64,000 nt of DNA, taken from the sequence record PP496436.1, one strand, 5' to 3'. Shown here one piece after another: positions 55,467 to 63,895 of the stretch (position 1 is its first letter; every line of letters starts with the position of its first letter). The position numbers and the translations under genes were made by a program. The notes below the pieces were generated by a model. It was not told the DNA's origin, ran no database searches, and worked only from the letters and a program-made list of their open reading frames with translations.

Positions 55467-55488
55467 CCGCCTGCGTGATCCTACGCGG
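55467..55488. repeat. Exact 22-nt direct repeat, copy 2 (overlaps the endolysin stop codon)
   Basis: CCGCCTGCGTGATCCTACGCGG. Confidence 0.9.
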
Positions 55489-56155
55489 CCAGTGCGGCAG
55501 CAGCGATATCCCACAAACGCTTCCGGTCGTCCGCGCCGATCTGCCCACCGTTGATAGCCTGGGTCACATCGAAGAAGCGCCCGGCGTCGGCCAGCTTGTT
55601 GCAGTTGTTCTCATCCCAGTAGTCGGCAGCTGCCATGAAGCCTGCTTCGGGCAACGCCAGCAGATCAGGGTTGTTGATCAGCGGAATACCCAGCTTGTTC
55701 TGCAACTTGAGGTATTCCGCCTTACCGGTACGCATGATCGGACAGCGGCCTCGATACTTCCACCCATCACCACTCGCCTCGTCACCGTTACCCATGCGGT
55801 TCGCATAGCAGTTGTTGGCGATGGCCTGAGGTTTGCGCGCCAGCTTGATCGCCAGTGCGTTAGGTGCAACGCGTACTTGCCCTTTGTCGTTGGTGATCTT
55901 GACGCGCTTGCCCTTAGCGTCTACCAACCCATAGCGAGTCGGCCAGGTGTTTGCCAATCCGTCGGCGCTGTAGTTCAAGCCTTCCTCGAACTTGGCAAGG
56001 TCACCCGACTCATGGTCGATCTGGCCGAGGAACATCGCCATGCGTTGCTTGTTAAGGCTAATCATGTACTTGTCCATGGCAGCTTGCAGTGGCTTAAGGT
56101 AAGCCATGGGCGCCGACGGGAAAATTTTCTTGAATTGCAATTCAGTAAGCAGCAT
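55481..56155 (-). CDS. GH19-family endolysin
   Basis: AMFLGQIDHES, EEGLNYS, YANRMGNG....GDGWKYRGR and TQAINGG; start MLLTE at 56155 after GGAG. Confidence 0.88.
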   Translation of the reverse strand: MLLTELQFKKIFPSAPMAYLKPLQAAMDKYMISLNKQRMAMFLGQIDHESGDLAKFEEGLNYSADGLANTWPTRYGLVDAKGKRVKITNDKGQVRVAPNALAIKLARKPQAIANNCYANRMGNGDEASGDGWKYRGRCPIMRTGKAEYLKLQNKLGIPLINNPDLLALPEAGFMAAADYWDENNCNKLADAGRFFDVTQAINGGQIGADDRKRLWDIAAAALAA

Positions 56156-56483
56156 GGGGTACATCTCCATTGTTCAGGGTAGACAACATTGCCTGCCAGT
56201 CTCCGGTATTGGGCATTCCATCTTCATGGAACCGAAGCGGCACGACGGGGTGAATGGATAAGGCGTGGTCACGCATCCGCAGCAGAATGGCGTCGATGGC
56301 GGTGTCAATGGACTCACCTCGATACTCCATTCGTTGAAGTATCTCTTCCCGGAACATGCGGAACTGCTCTGGCGGGAAGTTGTAGTTCAGGCATTGAGCG
56401 TGAATGTCAGCCTTGTTCTTCTGGTAGTACGTGACCATCGCGGTAACCCGAGGACATCTGGGTGTGTTGCTCGTTTTGCTCAT
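56142..56483 (-). CDS. Hypothetical protein co-transcribed upstream of the endolysin
   Basis: SD GGAGAGGGAG; overlaps the endolysin start; no TM segment. Confidence 0.6.
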   Translation of the reverse strand: MSKTSNTPRCPRVTAMVTYYQKNKADIHAQCLNYNFPPEQFRMFREEILQRMEYRGESIDTAIDAILLRMRDHALSIHPVVPLRFHEDGMPNTGDWQAMLSTLNNGDVPHAAY

Positions 56484-56616
56484 TGCTCCCTCTCCATGAG
56501 GTGTATTAAGTGAGTGCCCGGACAGATTAGTAATTATTTTAATGGCACTATGAATTACGCAACTTGCAGGCTGTAAATAGCCGTAAAATACAACCACCAA
56601 TAGCAAGGACCTTAAC

Positions 56617-57294
56617 ATGGGCTCTATTCTCTACACCCACCGTCAGATCGTCAACACTCCCAATCTCCGTAAAGAGGCTCGCGAAAGCAAGAACTTTAAG
56701 GAGTACAGCAAGACCGTTGCGAAGAAGTCCAAGCGACTGCCAATCCCGGTCCTGTACGTAGACGGCACCCCGAACACCGAGCAGATCAGCCGCTTGCTGA
56801 ATGACCGCTTGATCTTTCTGGTGTGCCTGTTTCCGCCGAACGCCAGCATCGAAAAGCTGACTGAGCTGTCCAAGGTGTTCAGCAGCCAGCCGTGGTATCT
56901 GAACATCAACAAGATCAAGGTGTATCAGCTGGACGGCTGCATGGTGACCCGTACCAACCAGACCACCAAGGAAACCACCGAGGTGTTCGACTTCCGTACT
57001 GCGCAGATGTACGCCGTGCAAGAGATCGACAAACTGCTCAACACGCAGGAAGGCCAGATTCTGGCGGCAGCGCAATGCCGTATCGTACCGGAAGGTCAGC
57101 CAGACACGTGGAAGACCGGGGCTAAGGGTTTTACTACCAGCCTTCAAGGTGTGCCAGCTGATCAGCAAACCAGCCTGGGCATCGGGGGGAAGTCGGCGGC
57201 TGAGATCATGGCCGGGCAGAAGCCGATTCGTGGCGCTGACGGCAAGTTCATCTCGATGGACGAAGCTGGGTTCAAGAAGGAGGGAGGGGAATGA
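56617..57294 (+). CDS. Hypothetical protein
   Basis: SD AAGGA; divergent from the lysis unit. Confidence 0.7.
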   Translation: MGSILYTHRQIVNTPNLRKEARESKNFKEYSKTVAKKSKRLPIPVLYVDGTPNTEQISRLLNDRLIFLVCLFPPNASIEKLTELSKVFSSQPWYLNINKIKVYQLDGCMVTRTNQTTKETTEVFDFRTAQMYAVQEIDKLLNTQEGQILAAAQCRIVPEGQPDTWKTGAKGFTTSLQGVPADQQTSLGIGGKSAAEIMAGQKPIRGADGKFISMDEAGFKKEGGE

Positions 57295-57686
57295 GCCTGA
57301 GTTACCGTCCCGGACTTACCCAAGCGCTCAACCTGCTGGACACTTACCCGGCGGACCGTGACCCACTGGAGGTGCTTACCGAGTACCGCCAGATGCTGGT
57401 CAAGGAACTGGACGACAACCTGCCGACCCTGAAAGAGGTACAGGAATGGATGACGTTAGCTTTGTATAAGAGCAAGGGTGTATTCCATCCAGAGCAATTT
57501 CGCATCCGTGCGCTCGAAGAGCTGAATATGGTTTTGGAATACGACCTTGAAAAGGTTACCACTGATTTCAAGATCGCCTTGGTAAATAAACGGCGTAGGG
57601 TATGGTTGACCTTGAGTCCTATGGCTGTTCCTCCGCCTGACATCAAGTTCCAGCTTTATATCTCAGCTATCAATGTAGAGGAATGA
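57291..57686 (+). CDS. Hypothetical protein
   Basis: ATGA overlap. Confidence 0.6.
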   Translation: MSLSYRPGLTQALNLLDTYPADRDPLEVLTEYRQMLVKELDDNLPTLKEVQEWMTLALYKSKGVFHPEQFRIRALEELNMVLEYDLEKVTTDFKIALVNKRRRVWLTLSPMAVPPPDIKFQLYISAINVEE

Positions 57687-58630
57687 CCATGGCCTTAGCA
57701 GCCAAGAAAAAGATCCGCCTGAAACGGCGGGATCGGGACAAGGCGGAGCAGCCACAGGTCGAGTCCACCAAGGCCTCGGTGCGCAACATAGTTGGCATCT
57801 GCAACCACAACCCGTATCAGGTAGGCCAGTTGTTGCCCAGTGAGCCTGCGGTTATGGGAATGGACGGGAAGATCACGGGTGCACGTCGCGCCCAATACCT
57901 GTTCGTGCCCTATGTCGCCACTCTACTCCAGTTCCGGGATGTGGTGCTGGCGTTCAAAGGCACCGTGATCGTCTTCGATGATCCGGTCAAGCTGGACCAC
58001 GTGCTTCAGATTGGTAACGTGCTGGACATCGTTACCAAGAATCACAGCTACCAATACACCTTCGGGCCACTGACCTCTGCCAAGTTGGTAGCCGCAGACG
58101 AGCCCCGCCGCCCAATTATGATCGATCAGGAACGGGTCAACGTTCTGCCGAACATGATCAATGCGGTGCAGGGCAGTATCGCTCAAGTTATTATGGAAGC
58201 CACGCAGAGCCTGATCCCGACCGTCAAGTCGGATGTGCTCAAGACCATCTTCTCGTGGATCAGCGAGTCCGACTTGACCCCGGATCTGCTGTTGCAGGAA
58301 CTGGAAAGGTTGAACGTGGAGGATCCTGAGGTTATGATGGCGCCGTTGCTGGCGTTCCTTGGCACCGAGCAGGGTCAGAAGACATGCAAAGCTTTCTCAA
58401 TGGTGGCAGATTACAAGGCCAAAGGCAAAAGCGTCCCTTATCCGAAGATCGAAAAGGCGACCGGTGTTCCGTCATTCGATCTGCAGTTCGCCATTCGCTA
58501 CATCCGCCGGACAACCTCTGTGCGTCGGCCAGGTATGACGTTGAGTCAGATCCATGCGGCGCGTAAACTCAAATCCAACAATGATGTTCTGGGCGGGATC
58601 GATGATCCCGAGGACGAAGAAGATGTTTGA
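57683..58630 (+). CDS. Hypothetical protein, possible C-terminal HTH
   Basis: SD GAGGA; YPKIEKATGVP segment. Confidence 0.6.
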   Translation: MTMALAAKKKIRLKRRDRDKAEQPQVESTKASVRNIVGICNHNPYQVGQLLPSEPAVMGMDGKITGARRAQYLFVPYVATLLQFRDVVLAFKGTVIVFDDPVKLDHVLQIGNVLDIVTKNHSYQYTFGPLTSAKLVAADEPRRPIMIDQERVNVLPNMINAVQGSIAQVIMEATQSLIPTVKSDVLKTIFSWISESDLTPDLLLQELERLNVEDPEVMMAPLLAFLGTEQGQKTCKAFSMVADYKAKGKSVPYPKIEKATGVPSFDLQFAIRYIRRTTSVRRPGMTLSQIHAARKLKSNNDVLGGIDDPEDEEDV

Positions 58631-59537
58631 AACAATCATGCGAGGGGGCTTTGCCTCCTTCATCTACATCGCGATCATCGTGTTCGTTATCGTCTGGGTG
58701 GTCAACTCGATCTATCGGCAAAAGAAAATTGCCCAGATCCGGCAGCACGAACGGCAAGTCAAGCAGACGGAGCAGGACCGCAAGGATGTCATCTCCGACG
58801 CCGAAGATGCACGCCCTATCGAATACGTGACAGAGGACACGGGGATGTCGGTTCCCAACTTCTTCCTGTCCAAGTTCATCGAAGAGCTGGCGCTGGTCAC
58901 CAGTGCGTCGGTACGCAGGCTCAGTCCGGTGGCCGGTGCGGAAAGTCTGGAGGACTTGCGAGTTGAGTTCTCCCGGCTGCAAGCGTTGCTTCACCTGCAG
59001 TTCGAACAAGTCGTTGGTCCCGTGCTTGAAGAAGAGATGCGCTCCACGTACGAACGGATTGAATCTGCGCTGAATGACGCCAAGGCGAAGGGTATGGTGC
59101 GGGGTGAACGTGAGTTCGGTAGCCTGCCGCATACGCAGCCACCCCGTGAGTATCGCACCTACACCAATGAACGCCTGGGTATCCGTGTGCACAGCACCAT
59201 GTCGGACATCGAGGTTGCGGAAGCAGTAAAGTGGGCGGAAGGATTGGTCATCTCGCCTGCTTCGGAAGCTGCCCGAGCGGACATGTTCAGAGAGATATTG
59301 CAAAAGGGCCAAGTGAACGAGGTAAAGGTAGAGCTGATCAACGGTCCGGAGCCCCAGATGTACCGCCATCGGTTCGAAGGCTTGAACGTAACCACTACGC
59401 TGCCCCGTGAAGAGGTGGCCGCTGTGGTAAAACCCTATCTGGGGATGGCGGTCACCGAGTCGGTACTGGAAGAGATTAAGTTCATCCTCCAGCAGAAGAC
59501 CAGTGACGCAGTAATCGTCGATACAGACGCTACGTAA
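58623..59537 (+). CDS. Membrane-anchored hypothetical protein
   Basis: N-terminal TM segment FIYIAIIVFVIVWVV. Confidence 0.65.
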   Translation: MFETIMRGGFASFIYIAIIVFVIVWVVNSIYRQKKIAQIRQHERQVKQTEQDRKDVISDAEDARPIEYVTEDTGMSVPNFFLSKFIEELALVTSASVRRLSPVAGAESLEDLRVEFSRLQALLHLQFEQVVGPVLEEEMRSTYERIESALNDAKAKGMVRGEREFGSLPHTQPPREYRTYTNERLGIRVHSTMSDIEVAEAVKWAEGLVISPASEAARADMFREILQKGQVNEVKVELINGPEPQMYRHRFEGLNVTTTLPREEVAAVVKPYLGMAVTESVLEEIKFILQQKTSDAVIVDTDAT

Positions 59538-59542
59538 TACTC

Positions 59543-59571
59543 AGGGTGTTCCTTTCTGGAACACCCTTTTT
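59543..59571 (+). terminator. Intrinsic terminator
   Basis: AGGGTGTTCC-TTTCT-GGAACACCCT followed by TTTT. Confidence 0.85.
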
Positions 59572-59586
59572 CATTTGGAGATCGTA

Positions 59587-59823
59587 ATGGCTAAAGCAAC
59601 CTGCTACGGAATCTGCCCACAATGCGGCAGCGATGTCACCAAGGTGAACTTCCGCGATGACACCATGACCTGTTTAGGTGGGCACCAGTGCACCTTCGAG
59701 CGTATGATCAGTCTGGTGGGTGTGGTGGACGAACCACCTACGGAAGAACTGATCAAGTTGGCCCGAGAGGCTTACGTGTTGCAACCACTCTCGCACTACG
59801 AACGGAGTCATCGTCGGGATTGA
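59587..59823 (+). CDS. Small Zn-ribbon-like protein
   Basis: CPQCG...C..GHQC; SD GGAG. Confidence 0.6.
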   Translation: MAKATCYGICPQCGSDVTKVNFRDDTMTCLGGHQCTFERMISLVGVVDEPPTEELIKLAREAYVLQPLSHYERSHRRD

Positions 59824-59885
59824 CAGCTCTGGTAAATGATGTCATACTAGTGGCAACGCCACGTACTGCGCGGGAGCAGTGAGCC

Positions 59886-60284
59886 ATGAGCAAGCAACGC
59901 ACCACCAAGAAGCAACGAGAGGAACAGCAAGCCCGGCAGCGGGAGGAAGCCCGGTTGAAGAAGGAGCGGGATCACGCATTCCGTCCTCTCTTCGGGACCG
60001 GTGGCTCCGGGCGCAGAACTCCGAATCGGGTGCCGACGCTGGAGACTCCAGTGTACGCCAAAGACAGCAAGCACGTACCTTCGTTGATCACGGCCAAACC
60101 GTTCAACAAGCAGGTGCCGGTCCAGTACGATGAAGAGATGTCGGTACGGGAAGCTGCGGCGCAAGTCGAGATCGCACACAAGCGTAAGCGGGTCGCGGTC
60201 GTCTGCCACAAGTCCGGCTATCAGTACGTCGGTGAAGTGGAAGATCCGAAAACTTTCGGTAAGAAATCTCAAGCACTGGAGTAG
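59886..60284 (+). CDS. Basic hypothetical protein
   Basis: Follows a GTAAATGA motif; C-terminal HKSGYQY. Confidence 0.65.
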   Translation: MSKQRTTKKQREEQQARQREEARLKKERDHAFRPLFGTGGSGRRTPNRVPTLETPVYAKDSKHVPSLITAKPFNKQVPVQYDEEMSVREAAAQVEIAHKRKRVAVVCHKSGYQYVGEVEDPKTFGKKSQALE

Positions 60285-60285
60285 G

Positions 60286-60447
60286 ATGATGGACAATGAC
60301 GACACGCCGCTGTGCCCTAACAGAGAGTGCCAGCACAAGACTTACGAACCGCACACCTGCCCGTACAAGGACAGTGTGAATGACGATACAGAGTCCCTGT
60401 GCCATTGCTGTGAGAACTGCAAACAACAATGTGCGGAGGACATCTGA
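60286..60447 (+). CDS. 53-aa Cys-rich metal-binding microprotein
   Basis: 8 Cys: CPNREC, HTCPY, CHCCENCKQQC. Confidence 0.6.
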   Translation: MMDNDDTPLCPNRECQHKTYEPHTCPYKDSVNDDTESLCHCCENCKQQCAEDI

Positions 60448-60851
60448 TGCTAGAAGTTCTTATGTGGGTCGTGGGAATAGTCGCATCTGTTTGCGCGTTC
60501 CCTTTCGTGTTCATCTGGACCCACGACCTGCTTGTCAAGCCCGCGACAAACAATAGAACCATCGACGGAGGGCATAGCTGTCCGTACGCGAACATGACGG
60601 ATGAAGAGTTGTACGACTTCGAAGCAGATTCCTTTCATGGTATCAAGCCAGAGAATCGTACATGGCCGACACTGGCAGCTTTCCTGATGTACCAAGACCG
60701 TAAGTCTATGGTGACGACGGCGCCGCTGGAAGGCGAACTGCTTTATCCAGAACTGGAAGTCTTGGAACAAGATACAGTTATTGCTACTGACGCCTGGCTT
60801 AGATCACGAGGTATAGGCCGGGGCAGACCTGATCCCAAGCGGTTACGTTAA
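60447..60851 (+). CDS. Membrane-anchored hypothetical protein
   Basis: TGATG overlap; N-terminal TM segment. Confidence 0.55.
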   Translation: MLEVLMWVVGIVASVCAFPFVFIWTHDLLVKPATNNRTIDGGHSCPYANMTDEELYDFEADSFHGIKPENRTWPTLAAFLMYQDRKSMVTTAPLEGELLYPELEVLEQDTVIATDAWLRSRGIGRGRPDPKRLR

Positions 60852-60883
60852 CCTTCTACACGCTGTCCCGAAAGGAGATAAAC

Positions 60884-61360
60884 ATGAGTAAGATTGAGGA
60901 TGACATGCGACTGGCTCAAGAACTGGCCGAGGTAGTAGCGTCAGTTCCTTCCAGCTGCGAAAGAGTGGTTGTCATAGTACCCGACCCCTATGAAGCTCTG
61001 GGTAAGTCCAATGTACTTCTGGACACCGTAGACAGACTAAGGAATGCGGGTATCGTGGTGGACGTGATGAGTCCCGGAGATATCCGTAGTCTGGAGGGGC
61101 TGGAAGATAACCCTTGGGATAGTGTTCATTTTCCGATGGATTTCTCCGCTATGGAAGAACGGGTAGGCCGGTCGAGGTTCTTCGACTCCTTTCAGGACGT
61201 ATCGGGTACAGAGACGGGTACGAACCGAGGGCAGTTCAGGCTTACGCCGACCGCCCGCATAACACCGCATCCGTTGAAAGCTCTGGACTACATCCAGAAG
61301 GGCAGCGGCAAACTTTCCAAGGGCATGAAGATCATGCTGAAAAAGCAAAGGGGTTGGTAA
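60884..61360 (+). CDS. Hypothetical protein
   Basis: Leader CTGTCCC-GAAAGGAG. Confidence 0.65.
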   Translation: MSKIEDDMRLAQELAEVVASVPSSCERVVVIVPDPYEALGKSNVLLDTVDRLRNAGIVVDVMSPGDIRSLEGLEDNPWDSVHFPMDFSAMEERVGRSRFFDSFQDVSGTETGTNRGQFRLTPTARITPHPLKALDYIQKGSGKLSKGMKIMLKKQRGW

Positions 61361-61361
61361 C

Positions 61362-62381
61362 ATGACAGATGAAACGTTGGATACGTACGGTGACCTGCTG
61401 GTCGAAAACGCCACCAAGATCGTAGCTGACTTCTTGGAGAACGTGATCACTCCGGTTACACTGGCGTTGGAGAAAGACTACCCGGCCAAGTTCAAAATCC
61501 TCAAGACCAGGCTGGCTCAAATGGCGGGCAGCGCAATGAGCCTCCCCGTAGCCGTTGTGGCAATGCGTAACCTTCCGTTCTACGTGTTGCTGAGTTCACC
61601 GCGTCAGGTCAGTCACATCATCACTCTTGCCAAAGCCATGATGCCCGAAGGATTGCCGTTGAAGGCTCTAGGGGCCAAGTACCACGAAGACGTTATTACC
61701 GCTCTGACTAGGGTACTGGTTGAACGTGGTGTAGGTGACATGTTTCTCGGCAATCGAATAGCTGATCTGCCCAAGTCGCCGGTGACGGAAACCGAGCGGA
61801 AGGAAGATCCATTCGCCAACGTAGATCACGACTCCGATCACGTGCACGAATTGAGCGAGATGCTGTCCCCGGCGGGCGCCCCGTGGTATATCTCTAACGA
61901 CCGGATCAAAGCCGACCGTAAGGACGCAGGCGGTGCGATGGACGCCGCTATGGTGATGGTTAGCGAGCGCCACGCCAAACGCCACCTGGTCGAGCTGGTG
62001 AACGCTGCGCTGCTATTCAAGCCGCCGGTCAAACATCCGTACCCTATCTCGGAGTATTCAGCCGAGGATTGGTGGGTAAAAGAGATTGAGGGGATTGCGT
62101 CTTCACTGGTGCCGCTTACTTCAGATCAATACCGCGCCATCCACATTGCCCGTAACTTCGCCCGTCTGGTGTTCGACACAATCGAGGCACCGAGCGAAGA
62201 CGATGTGGTGTATCAGTACCGTTCGCGATGGAAAGCGGAAGACTCTTGGAGCGAATGGCATACCACGACGAAGGCTAGCTTCGACACTATTAAGGTCACG
62301 TGGGGTCACATGACTGACCGTTACGAGTTCCGTCTTTTGCGAGTTATCCCGGAGGTGTCAGATGTACCGCAGCGCAGTTAA
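61362..62381 (+). CDS. Hypothetical multi-domain protein
   Basis: 339 aa; stop and start adjacent. Confidence 0.65.
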   Translation: MTDETLDTYGDLLVENATKIVADFLENVITPVTLALEKDYPAKFKILKTRLAQMAGSAMSLPVAVVAMRNLPFYVLLSSPRQVSHIITLAKAMMPEGLPLKALGAKYHEDVITALTRVLVERGVGDMFLGNRIADLPKSPVTETERKEDPFANVDHDSDHVHELSEMLSPAGAPWYISNDRIKADRKDAGGAMDAAMVMVSERHAKRHLVELVNAALLFKPPVKHPYPISEYSAEDWWVKEIEGIASSLVPLTSDQYRAIHIARNFARLVFDTIEAPSEDDVVYQYRSRWKAEDSWSEWHTTTKASFDTIKVTWGHMTDRYEFRLLRVIPEVSDVPQRS

Positions 62382-62532
62382 GTATAAAGACCACGGGTAT
62401 CTTGCGCCGGGTAGCCGTGCGTTCGAACTCTACCACGACAAGTCCGACAAAGGTCACAAGTTGCTGGATCAGCACATGGCCGAGGTGGATGCCGCGTGGC
62501 GCAAACTGGAGGGGCGCAAGAATGGAAAGTAA
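62362..62532 (+). CDS. 56-aa hypothetical protein (absent from ORF track)
   Basis: SD GGAGGT; MYRSAVKYKDHG...RKNGK. Confidence 0.55.
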   Translation: MYRSAVKYKDHGYLAPGSRAFELYHDKSDKGHKLLDQHMAEVDAAWRKLEGRKNGK

Positions 62533-62974
62533 ATGGGTACGGGTCAAGTCCAGCCTGCTCACTTCATTGATGGTCATTCTGATTATCTCCGGGTACTACA
62601 TGTTCACGGTCGGCCAGCACCGAAGCGAAAAGGTAATGCGTTACGCCTCAATGGTGGACACCAGCGCAGACTCCAGTCGTCACAAGTCCAACTACTCGTA
62701 CAACACGTCTGGTTACTTCCGCGACGAAGAGACCAACGCGTTCTTTCGCGACGACATCTCGGACAGGCTGTACCGGCAGTTCGAAGCTGGAGGCAACAAG
62801 CCTATCCGCATGAGCTGGCCTTACAGCATCGACAAGCGCGAGCAGACCAGTTCAGGTGTCTTCTACATGATGGGTGGCGTGATGTCAGAGGTAATTGCGC
62901 TCATTATCCTCATCCATCTGACCATAGTGGCGTGGGCACGACACATGCGGGAGCGCAAATCTGATGTGGATTGA
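62522..62974 (+). CDS. Two-TM membrane protein with periplasmic loop
   Basis: N- and C-terminal hydrophobic helices. Confidence 0.6.
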   Translation: MESKWVRVKSSLLTSLMVILIISGYYMFTVGQHRSEKVMRYASMVDTSADSSRHKSNYSYNTSGYFRDEETNAFFRDDISDRLYRQFEAGGNKPIRMSWPYSIDKREQTSSGVFYMMGGVMSEVIALIILIHLTIVAWARHMRERKSDVD

Positions 62975-63347
62975 TTACGTCTGGGGTTACAAGCTGTTTG
63001 GTGGCCTGTACGAAACAGTGCGGGTCAAGTTCCAAAGCGAAGAGATGGACAAACTGGATAACGTCTTCCTCAGTGAAACGGATGCCCGTAAAGCAGTCGA
63101 GACGTTGAACTACAAACGCATTCAAGGTGCCGTTACCTACTTGCACGCTCTCAACAAACTCGACACCGAATCGGTGCAGGGTGAGCAGGCTGTGTACAAC
63201 GTTACTGCAGGGTATGGCGAACCCGACGCGTGTATAGACGGTTACGAAGATAGGTTGCTGCTCAGAACCAAGACGGCATGCCTGATTCGCTTTGACCGCC
63301 GCATCACTCAGAACCCACGCAACATCTCATTTCCGGCGATCCTATGA
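62964..63347 (+). CDS. Hypothetical protein
   Basis: SD GGGAG. Confidence 0.55.
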   Translation: MWIDYVWGYKLFGGLYETVRVKFQSEEMDKLDNVFLSETDARKAVETLNYKRIQGAVTYLHALNKLDTESVQGEQAVYNVTAGYGEPDACIDGYEDRLLLRTKTACLIRFDRRITQNPRNISFPAIL

Positions 63348-63895
63348 ACATCAAAGAATTCAAGCGACCGGCTGACCACATCTGGCGTGGTCATCCCATC
63401 ACCAAAGAGCAATTCAGGATCATTATCGACATAGCTCTTTCCAGAAACAGTCTGGAGAGTTACGATAGCCTACGCGGGGACGTAGACTCCGAAGAGAAGT
63501 TCAATGCTGCGGTGGAAGAGGCGTTGGAAGCCAATGGGTGTCCGGTCCCTGAAGGTCAGGGTGAGTGGACTCTGGAAATTCCACCAGAGGTACTGGAAGC
63601 TCACGCCAACGCAGACTGTCAGGACCGTCGTTGGTTATCCGATCAGCACAAGGAGAACGGTAACTACGGCAGTATCTGTTACGTTTGTAAAACAGAATTC
63701 GTCGGCAGTAAGAACCGAAATGCGTGTAAGCTCTGCCACGATATGCTTCGTGAGATGAAGCAGCGTCGGGACTTCGAGTTCCATGCCAAGGAGAACTTGG
63801 GTCTTAGCATTCACCGCCTTGCCACTGGCGACTATCAATCATTCGGTGCCCAGATGGCGTGGGACACATGGCAATATCTGAGGGCTCAGCAATGA
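63344..63895 (+). CDS. Hypothetical protein with C-terminal CxxC...CxxC
   Basis: CYVC...CKLC; ATGA overlaps at both ends. Confidence 0.6.
   Translation: MNIKEFKRPADHIWRGHPITKEQFRIIIDIALSRNSLESYDSLRGDVDSEEKFNAAVEEALEANGCPVPEGQGEWTLEIPPEVLEAHANADCQDRRWLSDQHKENGNYGSICYVCKTEFVGSKNRNACKLCHDMLREMKQRRDFEFHAKENLGLSIHRLATGDYQSFGAQMAWDTWQYLRAQQ

Noticed and set aside
57683-58630. HolA (Pol III delta)-like or sigma-factor identity
   Set aside because: Only a short LLQELERL resemblance and a possible HTH; insufficient evidence
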